Below, in pieces: positions 22,208-32,808 of a stretch of DNA of 64,000 nucleotides. The stretch lies in contig CP046178.1 of the NCBI GenBank assembly GCA_014075255.1, positions 1,504,894 to 1,568,893 of the forward strand. Direction: 5' to 3'. Numbering within the stretch: position 1 is the first letter of the stretch; every line of letters begins with the position of its first letter. Under the pieces are notes generated by a model. That model worked only from the letters and a program-made list of their open reading frames with translations, ran no database searches and was not told the DNA's origin. The position numbers were made by a program, and so were the translations under genes. The stretch comes from Gammaproteobacteria bacterium (lineage in GTDB: Bacteria; Pseudomonadota; Gammaproteobacteria; UBA4575).

Positions 22208-23020
22208 TTAATACTGTGACACGCCATTCTCAATACGTGTGACGTTTGATTGTATACGCTCTTTAAGCCTTTGCTCATTATCTTCAAGGTGTGAGCGATC
22301 ATTCAAAGAATGCCACAAATGTAGTACCGATACAGCATTAACACCCTCTTTTCTATATACACCATTATTGATGAGTCGAATTGCTAAATCTGCATCTTCG
22401 TGACCCCAACCAACATACTGCTCATCAAATCCATTTACAGCCATGAAATCTTTGCGCCACATTCCTAGATTACAGGTTTTGACCCCATACCATTCTTTCT
22501 TTTTTAGTTTTCTCAACCACCCAATTGGCAACCGTACTAATGGGAGAACTCGTTTAATGTCTTTGATTCTCCAAAGATTCAACAAGTCAGTAAATGTCAG
22601 CTTTGATGGAGCTAGCACAGAACCAACAAACTCTTGGGTATAACTTTCTGACATCATTACACGGCTTCCTCTTAGAAAATAATCCTGCTCCGCTAACTGA
22701 GCGTGCCGTTCTATAAAATCAGGGAAAACTACACAGTCACCATCAATAAATATCAGGTACTCTCCTTTTGCTTTTGCAACTGCTTTATTACGGATTTGTG
22801 CAGCGCGAAACCCATCATCTTCTTGCCAAACATGTTGAATTTTAAATCTTGCTATTTCTTGAAACCTGGCAACTATATCTTTCGTATCGTCGACAGAACC
22901 ATCATCAGCGATTATTAGCTCAAACGATAAGTTCATTTGATCATTCAAGGAATTTAATACACTTAGTAGTGCATCAGGTCGATTGTAAGTGCTAACTATT
23001 ACCGATATATCCACTGTCAT
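22208..23020 (-). CDS. glycosyltransferase family 2 (LPS core)
   Basis: ISVIVSTYNRP...IIADDGS and FIDGDC motifs. 270 aa. Confidence 0.75.
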   Translation of the reverse strand: MTVDISVIVSTYNRPDALLSVLNSLNDQMNLSFELIIADDGSVDDTKDIVARFQEIARFKIQHVWQEDDGFRAAQIRNKAVAKAKGEYLIFIDGDCVVFPDFIERHAQLAEQDYFLRGSRVMMSESYTQEFVGSVLAPSKLTFTDLLNLWRIKDIKRVLPLVRLPIGWLRKLKKKEWYGVKTCNLGMWRKDFMAVNGFDEQYVGWGHEDADLAIRLINNGVYRKEGVNAVSVLHLWHSLNDRSHLEDNEQRLKERIQSNVTRIENGVSQY

Positions 23021-23043
23021 TAATCAGAACATAACTTTTAAAT

Positions 23044-24312
23044 TTATACAGCTTTATTTTTTTGTATCAGATTAAATGCATTACTTAAAAACACTAAGTG
23101 AAGTAACAGAAATATAGAAACCGCGTTATTGATATTTATCCAGGTATGGAAAAAACCGAATAAAAGAAAACAAATAGAAGTGGTCACTCCTGATAATACC
23201 AAATAAGCTATTCTAGGGCTTTGACCATACTGCTTATATATTTTCCAGTAACAATGTATAGGAGCAATACAAACTGCCATAATAAATCCGACAAACCCTA
23301 ACAAGCCTGCTTCTGCCAAAATGCTTACATAAATATTATGCGGAGAAGTTAATAACCAACCATCTTTAATATACGTTCTGCCACTATCCATCAGCGCTTG
23401 CGCATCCAAGGCATAGTCACCCAAGCCTGTGCCAATAATTGGAGACTGTAAAAATATTAATACCCCGGTATGCATCATATGTGGCCTCAAGCCCCATGAA
23501 GAAGAATAATTTTCGCTCGGATTTTTAGCCATGTTTTGCAATTCATTTATACCCTGAAGAAATGACTGCGCAACTGGAGAAGACGGATGCAAAAATACTA
23601 CTGCAATCGCAACACCAAACAATGCAAAGACAAGGGCGGTCTTTTTATTAAATTTATTTATGAAATAAAAACCTAAAAGCCCAATAAATGGGACTACTGA
23701 AAGCATAGCTGCTCTAGTTTGATTTAGCTTGATTGCATATAAAATTATTACTGCTGAAATTAAACCCAAGACAAGAAATTTTGTTTTGCGGTACTCGAAA
23801 ATAATTGCCAGACTCAATAATAAAAATATACTTACCGCAGTCAAGCCATACCTAGACCAATGTCGCGCACCACCAGGTCTTGCCACATCCAACCAATGAT
23901 GTTGATAAATAGCCACCATACCAGTTACCGCACAACCCAGAACAAGTCCCCATGCAATCCATGGCCCAAGCTCAAGACTATATTTGCGGACAAACATATA
24001 CATAGGAATAAAGACTACGAATCTTAAAAATCTTTCATATGACCCAAACCCCTCATTCAAATCACTACTATTTATTAAGGAAAACCCAACCAGCAATACA
24101 TATAGCAAGAAACATGAAAGCAAAAACTTCTCTTCTTTAAATAATTTCTCCAAACTCATCCAAGCAAAAATTAGACTTGGTACTAAAATCAGCAAAAAAA
24201 CACTTGTAGCTCCTGACTTTACGCTTACCGCTACTGAAGGAAGTAAAAAAACTAACAGCCCGATAGGAATAAATTTCCAATTAGGCAAAATTAAATCAGA
24301 TTTTTCAAACAC
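23044..24312 (-). CDS. O-antigen ligase (WaaL/Wzy_C) family membrane protein
   Basis: About 10-12 TM helices. A large periplasmic loop carries the Wzy_C-like segment HNIYVSILAEAGLLG. Confidence 0.75.
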   Translation of the reverse strand: MFEKSDLILPNWKFIPIGLLVFLLPSVAVSVKSGATSVFLLILVPSLIFAWMSLEKLFKEEKFLLSCFLLYVLLVGFSLINSSDLNEGFGSYERFLRFVVFIPMYMFVRKYSLELGPWIAWGLVLGCAVTGMVAIYQHHWLDVARPGGARHWSRYGLTAVSIFLLLSLAIIFEYRKTKFLVLGLISAVIILYAIKLNQTRAAMLSVVPFIGLLGFYFINKFNKKTALVFALFGVAIAVVFLHPSSPVAQSFLQGINELQNMAKNPSENYSSSWGLRPHMMHTGVLIFLQSPIIGTGLGDYALDAQALMDSGRTYIKDGWLLTSPHNIYVSILAEAGLLGFVGFIMAVCIAPIHCYWKIYKQYGQSPRIAYLVLSGVTTSICFLLFGFFHTWININNAVSIFLLLHLVFLSNAFNLIQKNKAV

Positions 24313-24348
24313 GAAATAGAATACTATCTAGGCAAAATAACCAAAGAG

Positions 24349-25281
24349 TTAAGCTACTAGAGTTGCATAAGAAAGCCATGAATCATCGTAGTTATGACGG
24401 CCATACACAGAATCGAAATACATTGATTGAAGTTTTGTTGTAATTTCGCCTCGGACACCTTCACCTATCATGCGATTATCTAGTTCTCGAATGGGAGTGA
24501 CTTCAGCCGCAGTTCCAGTAAAAAACGCTTCGTCAGCGGTATACATTTCATCGCGAGTGATACGTTTTTCTATGACAGGAATATCGAGCAAACCTGCAAG
24601 TGTGATAATTGTTTTACGCGTAATTCCATCTAATGCTGAGGTTAGCTCTGGTGTATACAATTTACCTTTCTTAACGATAAATACATTTTCACCACTACCT
24701 TCAGCCACAAAGCCATCAACATCTAACAATAACGCTTCATCATAACCGTCATGCAATGCTTCGTTTAATGCCAGCATAGAGTTCACGTAATTGCCATTTA
24801 ATTTTGCTTTGCACATTGCAACATTTACATGGTGTCGTGAGTAGGATGATGTTTTTACTCGTATGCCATTCTTCATATTTTCTTCGCCTAAATATGATCC
24901 CCACTCCCATGCAGCAACAATGCAATGTGTCTTCAAATTATCCGCACGCAACCCCATACCCTCTGAACCGTAAAAACACATCGGCCGCATATATCCGTAG
25001 CTCAATTCATTTTTATTAATTACATCAATCTGCGCTTGATTGATTTCTTCTGCTGAAAATGGCATTGGCATGCCAATTATTTTTGCTGAATTGAAAAGTC
25101 TTTCGGTATGATCGTACAATCTAAATATTGCCGTCCCTTGTTCTGCCTTATAAGCACGAACACCTTCAAACACACCTGCTCCATAATGCAGGGTATGCGT
25201 AAGTACATGTGTAGTCGCTTCGCGCCACGGCACAAATTCACCGTCATACCAAATCCATCCATCTCTATCAGACATCAACAC
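24349..25281 (-). CDS. ilvE: branched-chain amino acid aminotransferase
   Basis: Full-length similarity to E. coli IlvE (HYGxxVFEG, EGxGEN, TAAEITP). Confidence 0.9.
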   Translation of the reverse strand: MLMSDRDGWIWYDGEFVPWREATTHVLTHTLHYGAGVFEGVRAYKAEQGTAIFRLYDHTERLFNSAKIIGMPMPFSAEEINQAQIDVINKNELSYGYMRPMCFYGSEGMGLRADNLKTHCIVAAWEWGSYLGEENMKNGIRVKTSSYSRHHVNVAMCKAKLNGNYVNSMLALNEALHDGYDEALLLDVDGFVAEGSGENVFIVKKGKLYTPELTSALDGITRKTIITLAGLLDIPVIEKRITRDEMYTADEAFFTGTAAEVTPIRELDNRMIGEGVRGEITTKLQSMYFDSVYGRHNYDDSWLSYATLVA

Positions 25282-25359
25282 CTGAGCTTAACTCCCTATA
25301 AATTACTCTAAATACAGCCAAGAAAACGTAATCACAAATATGCAGAATTGCATTGTAAA

Positions 25360-28298
25360 TTAAGTAGCATCTGAGTGTAACAGACTTGCCCAATTATTTT
25401 GCACCGCGATTCGCTCATTTTCAAATACATTCATACCCACAGTTTCAGGCAATAACCTTAAGCTTAGTTGATGCAAATACTTACGGTATTTTAGGTAAAT
25501 TTCTTTCAGCTCTTGTACATTCTGCTGCCCCAACAAATCTGCCTGCGCGCAGGCATCAAGAATTCTTATATTATCAGTATGCTCACAAATTTGAGGATGC
25601 TTATCAGAATAACTCAGCACAAGAAATTGCACGATAAACTCAATATCAATTACCCCTCCCACATCTTTCTTAATGTTAAAATCAGCTTCTGTGTTAACTG
25701 GATTCGCATCCAGCATTTTGTTTCGCATTTCTATAATTGAAGACTGAACGTCTCCAACTACGCGTGATTGACACAACACTCGTTGCCTGATTCTTAAAAA
25801 CTCTTTACTGAGCTTCTGACTGCTCGTTATGGCGCGTGCACGCACTAATGCCTGATGCTCCCACATCCAAGCATCATTAATTAGATAATTTTCGTATGCA
25901 TGCATCGAACTAACAATTGATCCCGACTCTCCATGCGGACGTAGTCGCAAGTCAGTATCAAAAACTTTGCCACCTGCTGTAACTGTAGACAAACTATGAA
26001 TAGACTTTTGCACAAGACGAGTAAAAAAAATATCGTTATGTATTTTTTTACTGCCTGCAGCTCCATCTCCACTTGTCTCACAATTTTCTCCCATACTGTT
26101 GTGCAAAAATACAATATCTAAATCTGAACCATAGCCCAGCTCCAAACCACCCAACTTTCCGTATTCAACAATTAACACCTCTGGCACGTAAGTCTGCTCA
26201 CCCAATACGCATTGTGGTTCACCATGCTGTTCTAGCAACATATTATAGGAATACTGGACTGCACTATTGATACAGGTTTCGGCTAACCATGACAAATGAT
26301 CACTTACTTTCATGATTGGATAATTTTCTACAATATCTGCAGCAGCTATTTGGATCATTTGCGTATGCTTAAATTCGCGCAAAGCTTCCATGTATTTTTC
26401 CAAGTCGGAATCGAAATTCACTAAACTTGCGGTTAGTTGTTGCTGCATTTCGAGCATGCCCGGTGGCTCGTATGCATCATCCATACTTAGTATTTCGTCA
26501 AGTAAAATAGGATGGGTTGCAAGATATTGCGAGACCCATGGGCTTGCATGTATAAGCTCAAAGAGTTTTGAAATCTTGTTTTTATTCTCAATCAGCAAAG
26601 AAATATAAGTAGAACGCTGTACAATTTTTTTCAATATATTTAAAAACCGATTAAAAATTGGCAACGGCTCTTCAAATTGCAAAAGTTGTTGCAAAAATAT
26701 TGGCATGAAGCTATCTAACCTAGTTCTTGCTACCGGAATAAGCTTTTTCACAAGACTGCTTACGGCAAAGTTATTCAGCTGCTCATAAATAAACTTTGCG
26801 TCACTAAAGTAATTTTTTGTTAAAACATTTAAACAATGCTGTTCATCGTCAATCTGAAGCCATACCTTTTCTAACTCTTCTTCATCATGTCCATCTTCAT
26901 TTGCAGATTCGTCGTTTCTAATAAAGATTGATATACAGTATTTACTATATTTGTATACTTTTTATACTCAACATAAAATGCTGGCCAATCTTGCACCCCC
27001 ATTAAATATGCATAGTGCGCCTGCTGTTGACGCTCAAACGGTAGCGCATGGATTTGCTGATCTTCACGAAGCTGCAAACCATTCTCCGCCTTACGTAAAA
27101 ATAAATAAGCATCTGTCAAATTCTCAGTCCACTCAGCACTAAGCAAGCTCTGCTCTTGCAACTGCTGCAAAGCTTTGAGTGTAGAACGAATGCGTAATGA
27201 CGAATCTTTCCCTCCATAGATAAGTTGAAACATCTGCGCAATAAATTCAATTTCACGGATACCGCCAAAACCAATCTTCAAATTTTCTTTTGCTGCATCT
27301 TGACGTGCTTTTGCATCCACCAAAGCCTTCATTTCTCGCAATGACTGTATCGTCCCATAATCAAGATAACGTCGATATATGAAGGGAGTGACTTCTTGCA
27401 GGAAATGTTCGCCAACTTGACGATCTCCAGCAATCACACGCGCTTTCATCCACGCATAACGCTCCCAGTCACGCCCATGAGCCTGAAAGTATTGATCAAT
27501 AGATAGAAAACTAGGAACAAGTGTTCCAGAATTTCCAAATGGCCTTAGTCTTGTATCAACACGAAACACAAACCCATCCTGAGTTGGCTCAGAAAGAATT
27601 TTTATAAATAACTGAACGACTTTAAGGTAAAACTCTATCGCCTTACCTGCTTGCTCTTGCCCAACTACTTGTTGATTATTTTCATCGTTATCAGAATAGG
27701 CAAAAACAATATCGATATCTGATGAAAAATTAAGTTCGCCTCCACCTAATTTACCTAACGCAAAAATAACAATGTTTTGCGGTAAAGTTTTTACAAAATC
27801 TTTGACAAGCGATTGTGACTGAAGCCAATCAAAACACCATTGCAATGTTTCTTGAACACAAATTTCTGCAAAAAAGCTTAATTCACTTAGTGTTTGTTGT
27901 ACTGTCGTGTTTTGCTGAAGATCCCGCCAAGCAATTCTTGCAAAGCAAGTTGCTCTTATCTGTCGTAATAGTTGTTGCAACCCCTCAACACTATTAGCCT
28001 CTGAAATGGCCTCACTCAACAAGTGACGATATACTTCTATATCGTAATCAACATGCAGTTCTCCACTGGCCAATAACTTTTTTAGCCACCCAGGATGGGA
28101 AATACAAACACGCTTTATAAAGGGACTCGCATACCAAACTGCGAACAGCTCGTCTCTATTCTCAAGAATATTTGAATCATTTTTGAGATCAACAAGAACG
28201 GTATCAAAATCTTGTTGAAACTTAGATATTGCGGTTTTAGGCGCAGGCTTAAGCATTGGTATATAACAACCTTCGAGACATCTATTCAAACCAGTCAA
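25360..28298 (-). pseudogene. glnE: glutamine synthetase adenylyltransferase glnE, disrupted by a frameshift (or sequencing error)
   Basis: The N-terminal half (26871..28298; KLGGGELNFSSDIDIVF) and C-terminal half (25360..26751; KLGGLELGYGSDLDIVF) are both intact, in adjacent frames, and collinear with E. coli GlnE. The downstream frame stays open across the junction. It keeps the acidic linker homology (NDESANEDGHDEEE). The switch maps to about 26910..26925. Confidence 0.7.
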
Positions 28299-28349
28299 TT
28301 AGCCAGCCTGTTGGCCAACCTGTGCGATTTAGATATTCTAAATGCTAAT

Positions 28350-28368
28350 GAGAATAGGTATCATTTAT
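28350..28368 (+). promoter_or_regulatory. putative Fur box upstream of the Fe3+ ABC transporter
   Basis: gagaataggtatcatttat matches about 13/19 positions of the GATAATGATAATCATTATC consensus. It lies about 40 nt upstream of fbpA. Confidence 0.35.
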
Positions 28369-28408
28369 ATTAAGTTTATCCATAATTATAGTATGGATTA
28401 TATCAACA

Positions 28409-29452
28409 ATGATCGGTGCATATATGAATACAAATATTCTACCTAAAATTTACTCAACCATCGCTCTAGGAATGTTGCTGTTAGCTGCAGTCGCCAGCGC
28501 CGCTGAAGTTAATATTTATTCTGCGAGAAAAGAAGATCTCATCAAACCCATTCTTGAAAAGTTTGAGCAAGACACTGACATTAAAGTTAATCTCATTACA
28601 GGAAAAGCGGATGCACTATTGCAGCGTTTAATTAGTGAAGGTAAAAACAGCCCCGCAGATATTTTAATTACCACAGATGCGGGTCGTCTATACCGTGCAA
28701 AAAATGCAAAGGTCTTACAAAAAATTGACTCCGAAACGTTAACAATCTCGATCCCAGAACAATATCGAGATCCAGAGGGCTACTGGTTTGGCCTAACACT
28801 ACGTGCACGGCCAATCGTTTACGCTACAGATCGTGTGCAGCCCGATCAACTCTCAACTTATGAAGCATTAGTTAATCTGAAATGGAAACAAAAAATTTGT
28901 ATACGATCCTCGGACAACATATATAACCAATCACTCGTCGCTTCTTTAATTGCGCAGTTAGGCGAAGAAGATACCTTTAAATGGACTGAATCATTTGTAA
29001 AAAACTTTGCTCGGCCGCCTCAAGGTGGAGATCGCGATCAAATTAAAGCCATTGCAGCAGGACAGTGTGATATCGCATTAGTAAACAATTATTATCTTGG
29101 CAATATGCTGACCTCTAAAAATGAATCGGAAGCTGAAGCAGCTAAAAAGGTAAAAATATTTTGGCCAAACCAAAAAGATAGAGGCACACATGTCAATATT
29201 AGCGGTGCCGCCATAACCGCTTCATCTAAAAACAAGGAAGCTGCCCTCCAATTACTAGAATTCTTAGTAAGTGATGCCGCACAACAATGGTATGCAGAAA
29301 AAAATCTTGAGTACCCTATCAAACCAGGGATACAACCTAGTGAGATCTTACAGTCATGGGGTGAATTTAAGGCTGATTCATTAAACTTGCATCATCTCGG
29401 CGAACATAATGCGCAAGCCGTGATGATTATGGATCGTGCCAAATGGAAATGA
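28409..29452 (+). CDS. fbpA: Fe(3+) ABC transporter periplasmic substrate-binding protein
   Basis: Signal peptide. Similarity to H. influenzae FbpA (VNIYS, SPADIL, ALVNNYY). Confidence 0.75.
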   Translation: MIGAYMNTNILPKIYSTIALGMLLLAAVASAAEVNIYSARKEDLIKPILEKFEQDTDIKVNLITGKADALLQRLISEGKNSPADILITTDAGRLYRAKNAKVLQKIDSETLTISIPEQYRDPEGYWFGLTLRARPIVYATDRVQPDQLSTYEALVNLKWKQKICIRSSDNIYNQSLVASLIAQLGEEDTFKWTESFVKNFARPPQGGDRDQIKAIAAGQCDIALVNNYYLGNMLTSKNESEAEAAKKVKIFWPNQKDRGTHVNISGAAITASSKNKEAALQLLEFLVSDAAQQWYAEKNLEYPIKPGIQPSEILQSWGEFKADSLNLHHLGEHNAQAVMIMDRAKWK

Positions 29453-29495
29453 GCTAGTGGAATTAGATAAATAAAAATACTTCTGTAACCATCCC

Positions 29496-31172
29496 ATGGA
29501 CGCAACTCACGAAATTGACAAGCAACACATTTTATTGCGCAATTTTTTGCAGCAAAAAAGCAACTTTGGATGGATTCTAGGCACAGTCGTTATTGCCTTA
29601 TTGATTAGCATTCCTGTTCTTACGGTCTTATCTTCAATAATTCTTCCAAGTAGCGATGTTTGGCAACATCTCAAAGCTACAGTACTAACAGAATACATAA
29701 AAAACTCACTCCTGCTAGTAATCGGGGTCAGCGTTGGCACGCTCACCATTGGAATAACAACGGCTTGGTTATGTAGCGTATGCGAATTTCCGGGACGTAA
29801 AATATTTAGTTGGTTATTACTTCTTCCTCTCGCCTTTCCACCCTATATCATCGCTTATACCTACACAGGCTTGCTGGATTTTGCTGGCCCAATACAAAGT
29901 ATCATACGCGAACAATTTGGCTGGGGATTTGGAGATTACTGGTTTCCACAAGTGCGCACTCTTAGCGGTGCAATCACGATGCTATCATTGGTGCTCTATC
30001 CGTATATCTATTTACTTACACGCACCGCTTTTTCAGAGCAATCAGCAAGCTTTCGCGAAGCCAGTCATATACTAGGTATAGGCCTAGGTAAAACATTCCT
30101 AAAAGCTGCATTACCTTTAGCAAGACCCGCGATAATTGCTGGTTTAACACTCGTGGTAATGGAAACTTTAGCAGACTATGGAACCGTACATTATTTTGGC
30201 ATTCCTACCTTTACCACAGGAATCTTTCGTACATGGTTTGGACTGGGTGATCGTGTTGCTGCTACACAATTAGCCAGCCTATTATTACTTTTTGTGTTTC
30301 TAGTAATAATTATCGAACGTTACAGTCGTAAATCAGAAAAATATCAGAATCTTTCTAACGCACAAAAAAAATGGCGCTACCCCTTATCAGGCACCAAAGC
30401 AACGTTAGCAATATTTATTTGCTCAATACCCATTTTGTTAGGATTTATTATTCCAGCACTACAGTTATTTTTCTGGGCCATCAAAACAGCACCGGATATT
30501 GTTAACAACTCGTTTTACGAATTGGTTTTTAACACCATTAGACTTGCATTAATGGTTGCAACACTCGTTGTAGCAGCTGCAACCTTTCTGGCCTATGGGA
30601 AACGCGTAAGCTCTCATTATATCGTCCCTTACAGTGTTAATATCAGCGCAATGGGTTATGCCGTTCCAGGAATTATTATTGCAGTAGGTGTCTTACTACC
30701 TTTTGCATGGTTCGATAATGCGTTGGATTCTTGGTTAGAAAACAACTTTGGAATATCGAGTGGCTTACTATTAACTGGCACACTTGCAGCACTGGTTTTT
30801 GCGCATGTTGTGCGCTTCATGGCAATCGGCCTTAACTCTGTTGATGCAAGTCTTGCTAAAATTCACCGCAATGTTGATGATGCTGCACAACTATTAGGGC
30901 ATAAAACTTTTGATCGTTTCTTCAGTGTGCATCTACCCTTAATCCGTAGCGGTGTGCTTACTGCAGCATTACTTGTATTTGTCGAAGTAATAAAAGAACT
31001 GCCTGCAACATTAGTATTGCGCCCATTTAATTTTAATACCCTCGCTGTTCGAACTTATGAGCTAGCATCAGACGAACGATTAGCGGATTCAGCTTGTAGT
31101 GCACTACTCATCGTTGCAGTAGGTATCCTGCCCATCCTAATCCTAAATCGCTCTATCACTAAGAATCAGTAA
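29496..31172 (+). CDS. fbpB: Fe(3+) ABC transporter permease (duplicated permease domains)
   Basis: 558 aa with two tandem permease modules of about 6 TM each, typical of FbpB/ThiP. Confidence 0.75.
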   Translation: MDATHEIDKQHILLRNFLQQKSNFGWILGTVVIALLISIPVLTVLSSIILPSSDVWQHLKATVLTEYIKNSLLLVIGVSVGTLTIGITTAWLCSVCEFPGRKIFSWLLLLPLAFPPYIIAYTYTGLLDFAGPIQSIIREQFGWGFGDYWFPQVRTLSGAITMLSLVLYPYIYLLTRTAFSEQSASFREASHILGIGLGKTFLKAALPLARPAIIAGLTLVVMETLADYGTVHYFGIPTFTTGIFRTWFGLGDRVAATQLASLLLLFVFLVIIIERYSRKSEKYQNLSNAQKKWRYPLSGTKATLAIFICSIPILLGFIIPALQLFFWAIKTAPDIVNNSFYELVFNTIRLALMVATLVVAAATFLAYGKRVSSHYIVPYSVNISAMGYAVPGIIIAVGVLLPFAWFDNALDSWLENNFGISSGLLLTGTLAALVFAHVVRFMAIGLNSVDASLAKIHRNVDDAAQLLGHKTFDRFFSVHLPLIRSGVLTAALLVFVEVIKELPATLVLRPFNFNTLAVRTYELASDERLADSACSALLIVAVGILPILILNRSITKNQ

Positions 31173-31217
31173 TACCAAGATGCGATTATGCCAAAGAATA
31201 ATAGTGAATAAAAAATT

Positions 31218-32264
31218 ATGACCACAAGACTGGATGTGCGCAACCTTAGTGTTGAACTGCAAGGCAGAAAAGTATTGCAGAATGTTTCGTTGCAATTACA
31301 GCAAGGTCAAATTGCTTCAATGTTAGGGCCAAGTGGCTGCGGCAAAACAACTTTATTGCGAACTCTTGCAGGGTTTCAGCCCGTTGCCAAAGGCGAAATT
31401 TATGTGCACGACAAATTGTTCGGCAAACCAGGTTATTCCTTAGCACCGGAAAATCGGAACCTGGGTATGATGTTTCAAGATTTAGCATTGTTTCCACATT
31501 TAACGGTCGAGCAAAATATTAACTTTGGCCTTAAATCACTTGTAAAATCAGCACAGCAGGCAAGAACTAAACATGTGCTCGAATTAACCGAACTTGATCA
31601 ACAAGAAAAAAAATATCCGCATCAGCTATCTGGCGGCCAGCAACAGCGCGTTGCCTTAGCGCGTGCACTTGCACCGAAACCAGAAATTCTTTTACTCGAC
31701 GAACCTTTTTCAAGCTTAGATCCTGACTTAAGAGAACAGGTTGCCACTGAAGTACGCAAGATTCTTAAACATGAAAATGTAACTGCAGTACTCGTAACCC
31801 ATGACCAGCTCGAAGCTTTTGCTATGGCCGATGAAATTGGAGTAATGGAAAATGGCAACATCGCTCAATGGGACAGTGCCTACAATATTTACCATAAACC
31901 TAAAACCCGTTTTGTCGCTGACTTTGTAGGTTTGGGGAGCATGGTTCCGGCTACAGTTGTAAATGATGAAACACTGGATACAGAATTTGGTGAAGTAAAA
32001 GGTGCGCTTAACGGTGAGCACGCTATTGGCGACACGGTAGACCTATTAGTGCGGCCCGATGACATTCCACATGACGATAGTAGCCATATTACTGCGCTGG
32101 TTGAAGAAAAGCGTTTTCGAGGCGCAGAATTCCTCTACAAATTACGTCTTCAAAGTGGCAATTTTGTACTCTGTTACGCGCCTAGTCACCACAATCATAA
32201 AATTGGTGAACCGATTGGTATAAAGCTGGATCTAGAACATTTAGTGGTATTCCCAAGGGCTTAA
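31218..32264 (+). CDS. fbpC: Fe(3+) ABC transporter ATP-binding protein
   Basis: Walker A GPSGCGKTT, signature LSGGQQQRVALAR, Walker B LLLDEPFS. C-terminal TOBE-like extension. 348 aa. Confidence 0.75.
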   Translation: MTTRLDVRNLSVELQGRKVLQNVSLQLQQGQIASMLGPSGCGKTTLLRTLAGFQPVAKGEIYVHDKLFGKPGYSLAPENRNLGMMFQDLALFPHLTVEQNINFGLKSLVKSAQQARTKHVLELTELDQQEKKYPHQLSGGQQQRVALARALAPKPEILLLDEPFSSLDPDLREQVATEVRKILKHENVTAVLVTHDQLEAFAMADEIGVMENGNIAQWDSAYNIYHKPKTRFVADFVGLGSMVPATVVNDETLDTEFGEVKGALNGEHAIGDTVDLLVRPDDIPHDDSSHITALVEEKRFRGAEFLYKLRLQSGNFVLCYAPSHHNHKIGEPIGIKLDLEHLVVFPRA

Positions 32265-32436
32265 TTGGCATTACTTTGGACATTGAACCTCTATTGGTCT
32301 CCCTTCGTGATGGATAGATATAATCCATTCATAAATGAGCATTCAAGGACTTAGAGGCCTATTATTAAATTGGACTTGACCTTAGGCGTATAAACCACAA
32401 CAATTATAAGGAAGATGCTAACTAGAGGAGTCAAGC

Positions 32437-32808
32437 ATGAGACTTAGTAAATCCATAATTTACCTTTTAATACTTTCATTTATTTTTGTACAAATTTCAC
32501 CCGCTTTTGCTGGCATCGTTGGAACGGATAGTTATCTATCTGAGCAAACTATCCAGCAAGACCGTGAAGACTTACGCGCACTTATGTCACGTGACGAGGT
32601 TCGTTTACTACTAGAAACCAATGGCCTGACTATGGAGCAAGCACAAGCGCGTGTGGATTCTCTGACAGATAAAGAAGTAAGCCAGATGGCGAAGAAATTT
32701 GATGAATTACCTGCAGCAGGTGACGCAGCAGTGGTTGTTCTTGTGATCGCTTTAGTTGTATTGGTCCTTGAACTTGCGGGTATTACCGATATCTTTACCG
32801 GCATTTGA
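32437..32808 (+). CDS. PA2779-family-like small secreted protein with hydrophobic C-terminal tail
   Basis: Signal peptide ending AFA, then a ~70-aa soluble segment, a conserved ELPAAG motif and a 30-aa hydrophobic tail. Paralogous to 50316..50677. TGA stop overlaps the TTG start of the next gene. Confidence 0.6.
   Translation: MRLSKSIIYLLILSFIFVQISPAFAGIVGTDSYLSEQTIQQDREDLRALMSRDEVRLLLETNGLTMEQAQARVDSLTDKEVSQMAKKFDELPAAGDAAVVVLVIALVVLVLELAGITDIFTGI

Noticed and set aside
25360-28298. Two separate GlnE-domain genes (AR and AT as independent proteins)
   Set aside because: The downstream reading frame is open through the stop of the upstream ORF and keeps homology to the GlnE linker. The second ORF would also need a GTG start with no RBS. 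A frameshift in a single gene is the simpler explanation.
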